Positions 40,403 to 45,168 of a stretch of 45,168 bases of DNA are shown piece by piece. The DNA comes from an uncultured delta proteobacterium (lineage in GTDB: Bacteria; Desulfobacterota; Syntrophobacteria; Syntrophobacterales; Syntrophobacteraceae): assembly GCA_963808625.1 (NCBI GenBank), contig CAWEHK010000047.1, positions 1-45,168 of the forward strand, written 5' to 3'. The notes under the pieces are model-generated. The model made no database searches. It was given only the letters and a program-made list of their open reading frames with translations, and was not told the origin of the DNA. Numbering within the stretch: position 1 is the first letter of the stretch; each line of letters opens with the position of its first letter. The position numbers were made by a program, and so were the translations under genes.

Positions 40403-41145
40403 TCAGGTAAAATACCACCCACCATTTACGCTCACCGTCTGGCCGGTCATGTAGCCGTTCTTTACCAGCATGACCACAACGTCGGCCACTTCTTCTACCG
40501 TTCCAAACCTTCCTACCGGGATGCGATCGGGGGTGGCTTTGAGGTCCCCCGTGATCATGTCGGTCTCGATAAGTGCCGGAGCAACCGTATTGACGGTAAT
40601 CCCTTCCTTCACGAGCAGTGTCGCGTAGGAGTGAGTCAGCCCCCAGAGTCCTGCTTTGGACGCAACATAGGGAGGAGCGGTTATGCCGCCGGTATGTGCG
40701 GCAACGGATGAGATGTTGATGATTCTTCCCCAGCGACGGTTTCGCATTCCTGGAAGCACGGCCTGCGTCACCAGGAACGCCGACTTCAGATTGACATCGA
40801 TCACCCGGTCCCAGTCTTCCTCGGGAATATGGTCGAGGCTCGCCCGGTAGACGATGCCCGCATTGTTCACCAGGATCTGGATGGTCCCGAGGTCCCGCTC
40901 TATTGACGCAACCATCTGTGCCACTTCTCTGAGATGGAGACGTCTGCCTGGACAGCGACGGTCTCTCTCCCCAGATCTTTGATCGCGGAGCAAGTCTTTT
41001 CGGCTTCATCCGCGCGCCTGAGGTAATTCACCGCCACATCCATTCCCTCCCTGGCCAGAGCCACAGCGATAGCCCGTCCTATGCCGCAGCTTGCCCCCGT
41101 AACCAGGGCGATTTTTCCTGTCAATTCATTCATTGTCGGTTCCAT
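40403..41145 (-). CDS. SDR family oxidoreductase (FabG-like; frameshift ~40925)
   Basis: ALVTGAS.GIG, LVNNAG, NISS, YVASK, IPVGRFG, TGQ.V.VNGG. Confidence 0.92.
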
Positions 41146-41337
41146 CTCTTCATTTTCATCTCTTTTGCCATAGGCTCTCTGCCGGCCAGAGCGTTGATCA
41201 GTTGATGAGTCGTACCATATGCTCCAACGGCCGATGATGTGACGAAGATTCCCGACTGCGGGATCGAACTGCCTTTGCTGAGATCGGTAAAGATGAGGAG
41301 GTTTGGGCGGGAACCCTGGAACTCGCCTGATAATAAA

Positions 41338-41976
41338 TCATGTCTTCCCGAGCGATCCTTGCCTGCATTGATCCACCAAGTCGGATAAGCACTCGAGGCA
41401 ACGGCGCAGGCTCTCTGCTGATTCGGCGGCAATGTCAGGGCGCCATCCTTTCTCCCTGTTTTCCACAAATTCAATGAGCCGCGAAGGGTAGGCAGGCCCG
41501 ATCTGACGGCCGCTTGCCGGCCTTGGCACCATGTCTTGTTGGATGGCGCGGACGCGAGAATGCCGTGCCAGGTTGACTAGCGTCTGTTTGGGGTTTTCCA
41601 GTTCCTCAGACGCCAAAGGGATTTGAGCAATGGGGACGTGCAGGAATTGAGCAAGATGTTCGCGATCTGCGAGGAGCCATGCCTCCACCTCTCGGACTGC
41701 AACCCGGAAACACATCATTGGGCTTACGGATGGCAGCCACCTGGCCCGAAAAGGTGGTGCGCAGCTAGCATCTTGATCGAGATCAACCATGACAAGCCAA
41801 GGGTTGTGGCGTGCCGCATGGTTGTACCCCTGTAGCTGCTTCAACAAATTCTGCTTGCCATTCTTCCCGTAGACGCGCCCAAGTTCTGCGCCGACGTGCT
41901 CCAGGAGTCGTCGCGCTACCGCTTCATCGACAATCCCTTCGACGGCGACTGAAATTACTTCTGAGACCTCGTTCAT
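41338..41976 (-). CDS. TOPRIM-like protein (DUF4276-like)
   Basis: VAVEG.VDE, VDLDQD, AVREVEAWLLAD; directly downstream of the ATPase. Confidence 0.7.
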   Translation of the reverse strand: MNEVSEVISVAVEGIVDEAVARRLLEHVGAELGRVYGKNGKQNLLKQLQGYNHAARHNPWLVMVDLDQDASCAPPFRARWLPSVSPMMCFRVAVREVEAWLLADREHLAQFLHVPIAQIPLASEELENPKQTLVNLARHSRVRAIQQDMVPRPASGRQIGPAYPSRLIEFVENREKGWRPDIAAESAESLRRCLECLSDLVDQCRQGSLGKT

Positions 41977-42016
41977 TTCATCCAGCCCTTGATACTCTGG
42001 GAACCCTTGATCGATT

Positions 42017-43235
42017 TCACTTGTTTGCTTTCTTTGTCACGTCTCGTTGGGCTTTCGTGGCGTTTGGCGACTCAAGTTCCCCGAACAGTGTCAGTTGATA
42101 GGCTCTTTGGGGGCGTGTTTGAGGGATGACGATGTCGGCCAGGCTTTGCCCTCCCTCGAGGAGGGTTTTGACTTCAGCAAGTGACCCTGAAGGTTTAACC
42201 ACCGTGCCTCCCTCACCGGGAAAGAGCAGGAGCACCTCATCGAGTCCGATCCCTTCATCTCTCAGGATTTCGCTGGAATGGGTGCTGACCAGCAGTTGCC
42301 GCCCCTGCTGACGTTGAGCGCGTGCGAACATTTGGGGGATATAGCTGACTACCTCTGGATGGAGGGAGAGTTCCGGCTCTTCCAGGAGCAAAGGCCCTTT
42401 TCCTTCCTGCAAGGCCCACAGGAGACCGATTAAGCGCAGCGTCCCGTCAGAGAAAACATCTTCCGATTGCCACGCGCCCTTGGGGCGCCAGTGTTCATCT
42501 TCCACGAAGGTGGGGCGTTCCCCGATCATCCCGCTGCAGCTCCAATTCTTGGAGTTGGGGCACGGCCACTCCGAGGGCTCTCTGGATACGCTGCAGTCTG
42601 GCCTTCCTGGTCTTCTCCGGGGTTCGCGCAATGGCCTCCAGGAAGTCCCCTCCGTACGGGTCATTGCTTCGACCTACCGAACGGTCCGGTTCCCGAATCA
42701 GTTGCGGCACTACGTGGAGGTAGCGGATAGAGCCGAAGAACTCGGCCACGTCGCGAAACGCCTGGTTCACGTAAACCTGTTCGAGGTAGGTTTGGGTAAG
42801 GCGCTCGGCATCCTTCTTGTCCTGGTCGTCCGGACGAACCAGGATTTGTCTGCCCAGATGGATCACCTTTTCAGATTTGATGACCGGTCGTCTTTGATTG
42901 TCCTGGTTAAAGGCCAGGGTGTACTCCCAGCGGTTCGGCTCATCCTCAGGGCCAACCTGGACCCGGAAAACAATATCCGAGATGCGGCGCGCCGCAAGGC
43001 AGCGCAGCATGGACACCCCACCCCGCCGCCTGACGGCTTCCTGAAAGCCTCCGCCAACAGACACAAGGTCTCGAAGAAAGCGGAACACATCCAGCAGATT
43101 CGACTTGCCGGAAGCATTCGGTCCCACAAGAAAGACTCTCTGCGTCAGGCTCACTTCAACATGACTGAAGTTGCGCCAATTCTTCAGCTCCAAATAGCCA
43201 AGACTCATGGGCGAGGTGCGCTTGCTGTCTTTCAT
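42017..43235 (-). CDS. AAA_21/ABC-type ATPase (frameshift ~42480)
   Basis: LKNWRNF, VGPNASGKSNLLD..RFL, FSDGTLRL, LLLEEPELSLHP, LVSTHS. Confidence 0.88.
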
Positions 43236-43305
43236 GGCTGAGTAAGTCTCCTTTGCCTCTCCAGGCTGTTCCTTATGGGGTTGGCTCGGTCACGTGTCAC
43301 CAACC

Positions 43306-43560
43306 TCAAATATCCCCATTTGCCTCGATTTTCTTGTCCTCATAGGGGGAAAGTTTCTTTCGGTACCATTCGAGCTTGGCGTGTTCCATGGCGCTGGAGC
43401 ACATGCTGAGCTTGTCGTAACTTTCCCCGATTCTGCCGATGAGAAGGGTTGAAAGCTTGTAGATGCAATAGTTCAGCTCCCCTTCTCCCTCGATTTCTCG
43501 GGCGCAAGCTTCCAGCTGAGCATCGAAAACCTTTCTTCTTTCCGGCTTTATGTAGGGCAT
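43306..43560 (-). CDS. Conserved hypothetical protein (DUF6899-like)
   Basis: MPYIKPERR...GELNY.I...Y...EHAKLEWYR...PYED.KI..NGDI. Confidence 0.65.
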   Translation of the reverse strand: MPYIKPERRKVFDAQLEACAREIEGEGELNYCIYKLSTLLIGRIGESYDKLSMCSSAMEHAKLEWYRKKLSPYEDKKIEANGDI

Positions 43561-43775
43561 TTTGAGGGGCCTTTCGTTCTCGGTCCAGGCAACTGAACCC
43601 GGCAAGGACCTTAAAAGTAGTTTCGAATCGATACCTCTCAAACTGGATTCTTAACACGAAATTCCGACAAAGCCGTCATCGGAATCTGTATGGGATCTGC
43701 CTTGAACCCGCAACTGTTTAGTGCTATCGGAACCAGGATTGTGGCGTCGGCATGCAGTAAAATCGAGGAAGCACC

Positions 43776-44325
43776 ATGATTCAGCTCATACGTCGGGCAG
43801 CAGGCTCCAGCACCATTTCTGCCTACTCCGGCACCGAGGGCGCCAGGTTCGAGCAACTGGATACCGGGGAGTGGTTCATCATCATCTACATGGGCCAGCC
43901 GTCCAAAGAAGAGAGAAAGATCGTACGGAAAGCCAAGATCCTGACCAGGTATCTCATCGACGAGAGCAAAACCATGGTCATGGCCCTGATACGCTTCGAA
44001 TCCTCGCCGATAATCTATGAACTGGTCTTTGACCCTACCCGGTACAAGGCCATCGAGTGGAAGGACCGGATTGACTGGTGGGACAAATCCAATACCGTCT
44101 CCCTCCTCTGTGATCGACAGCATCACCGGCATCATCGGGGCCATTCGCCTTGCGAACATGCCGAAAACCCTGTGGGAAGTGTGGCGGGAATCCTGGCGCA
44201 AGAGCCTCAGCATCGAGGATTACTCCCGAAAATATTCCGAGTGGATCAACACCCTCTGGCAGCGCAAGACCATGGAACTGTGGAATACGGCAACACCGTC
44301 CGGGGTGTTTGGTGAGCGATACTGA
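43776..44325 (+). CDS. Hypothetical protein (frameshift ~44105)
   Basis: GAGGA RBS; two overlapping ORFs that join into ~180 aa. Confidence 0.55.
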
Positions 44326-44367
44326 TCCGATCTCACCCGCGACTTCCTCAACGTTTGGAGCCGATCC

Positions 44368-45168
44368 ATGCAAATCCAAATGAGCGATTTTAACGCGGTC
44401 AATCCAACAAGAAGAGCAAAAGTTCCAACGCATCGCCGGAGAAATGCGGGCAACGCTGGCCTCCGAGGAAGCGGATCGCCGGCAGAAAGATCAGGAACTT
44501 GCCGAACTCAAACGCCAGAAGCTCGAAGCCATCGGCTGGCGTGAAAAGCGGGAATTCGATGAACAAATCGAACGTTCCCGCGCCCGTTATGCTCTCCGCC
44601 ACTACCAGGATGCCAGAGCCTTAAACCAGCCCTATTTCGGCATCCTTGAGCTGGAAGATGACGATCTTGGGGCTCTCAGTTACTGCATAGGCCCCCAATC
44701 CTTCTTCGACCGGAGCGGCAAGGCACTGGTGATCGATTGGCGGGATGCGCCGATCTCTCGGCTTTACTATGAATACGAGGCCGGCGAGCTCTACGAGGAG
44801 GAAATCCGCAAGCGCGAGCGAACCGGTGTGGTTCGAACGAAGCGGCAGGTGGACACCACCGGCGGCGAACTGCGGAAGATCAAGGAAAGGACATTCTCCT
44901 CCTCCGCCGTAAAGACGGCACATGGCACCGCGCCGACGATGAAGGCGCAGTAGCCAGCAAAGAGGAAAAGGCCGACCATCGCTTGCCTGAGATCACCGCC
45001 CTCATCAGTCGGGAACAATTTCAAGCCATCACTCGCCCGGAATCCGGCACCGTTCTTCTCCAGGGTGGCGCCGGCAGCGGCAAAACCACCGTCGGCCTTC
45101 ACCGCATCGCCTATCTGCCTACCAGGATCCCGAGCGTTTCAGTCCCAAACGCATCCTGGTGGTCATGT
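44368..45168 (+). CDS. HelD/UvrD-like helicase, 5' part (frameshifts; runs off the window)
   Basis: QPYFG, IDWRDAPISRLYY, KRQ, LPEITALI..EQF..I, QGGAGSGKTTVGLHRIAYL. Confidence 0.8.

Overview
Window from a GC-rich bacterium, probably Desulfobacterota/Syntrophobacteraceae-like (inferred from gene content). Many single-base frameshifts, including in housekeeping genes, suggest long-read assembly errors. Left part (1-25.7 kb): a tyrosine-integrase remnant, small housekeeping genes, and a minus-strand anaerobic cobalamin cluster under a cobalamin riboswitch (cbiC, cbiL, ABC transporter, cbiD, cbiET, cbiF, cbiG, cbiH). Two large secreted-protein genes interrupt that cluster (a C1A peptidase and a PKD/FN3/PPC/Kelch protein). 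A UPF0182 gene and a nitroreductase follow. Middle (25.9-36.4 kb): tRNA-Lys(CTT) and a ~10.4 kb satellite/PICI-like element bounded by a 66-bp att duplication, with integrase, excisionase, primase-helicase, a candidate iteron origin and a TerS-like gene. Its cargo is a secreted CARDB-DUF1566-(FN3)x4-DUF1566 protein. The two DUF1566 C-terminal segments differ almost only at positions 1-2 of NNY codons, the signature of diversity-generating retroelement (DGR) variable repeats. I found no reverse transcriptase or template repeat in the element or the window, so this looks like a mobile, doubly diversified remote DGR target. Right (36.4-45.2 kb): remnants of a second, decayed element (integrase, PD-(D/E)XK nuclease, SMC-like ATPase), vapBC, an IHF-like gene, an SDR, an AAA_21 ATPase + TOPRIM-like pair, and a partial HelD-like helicase.
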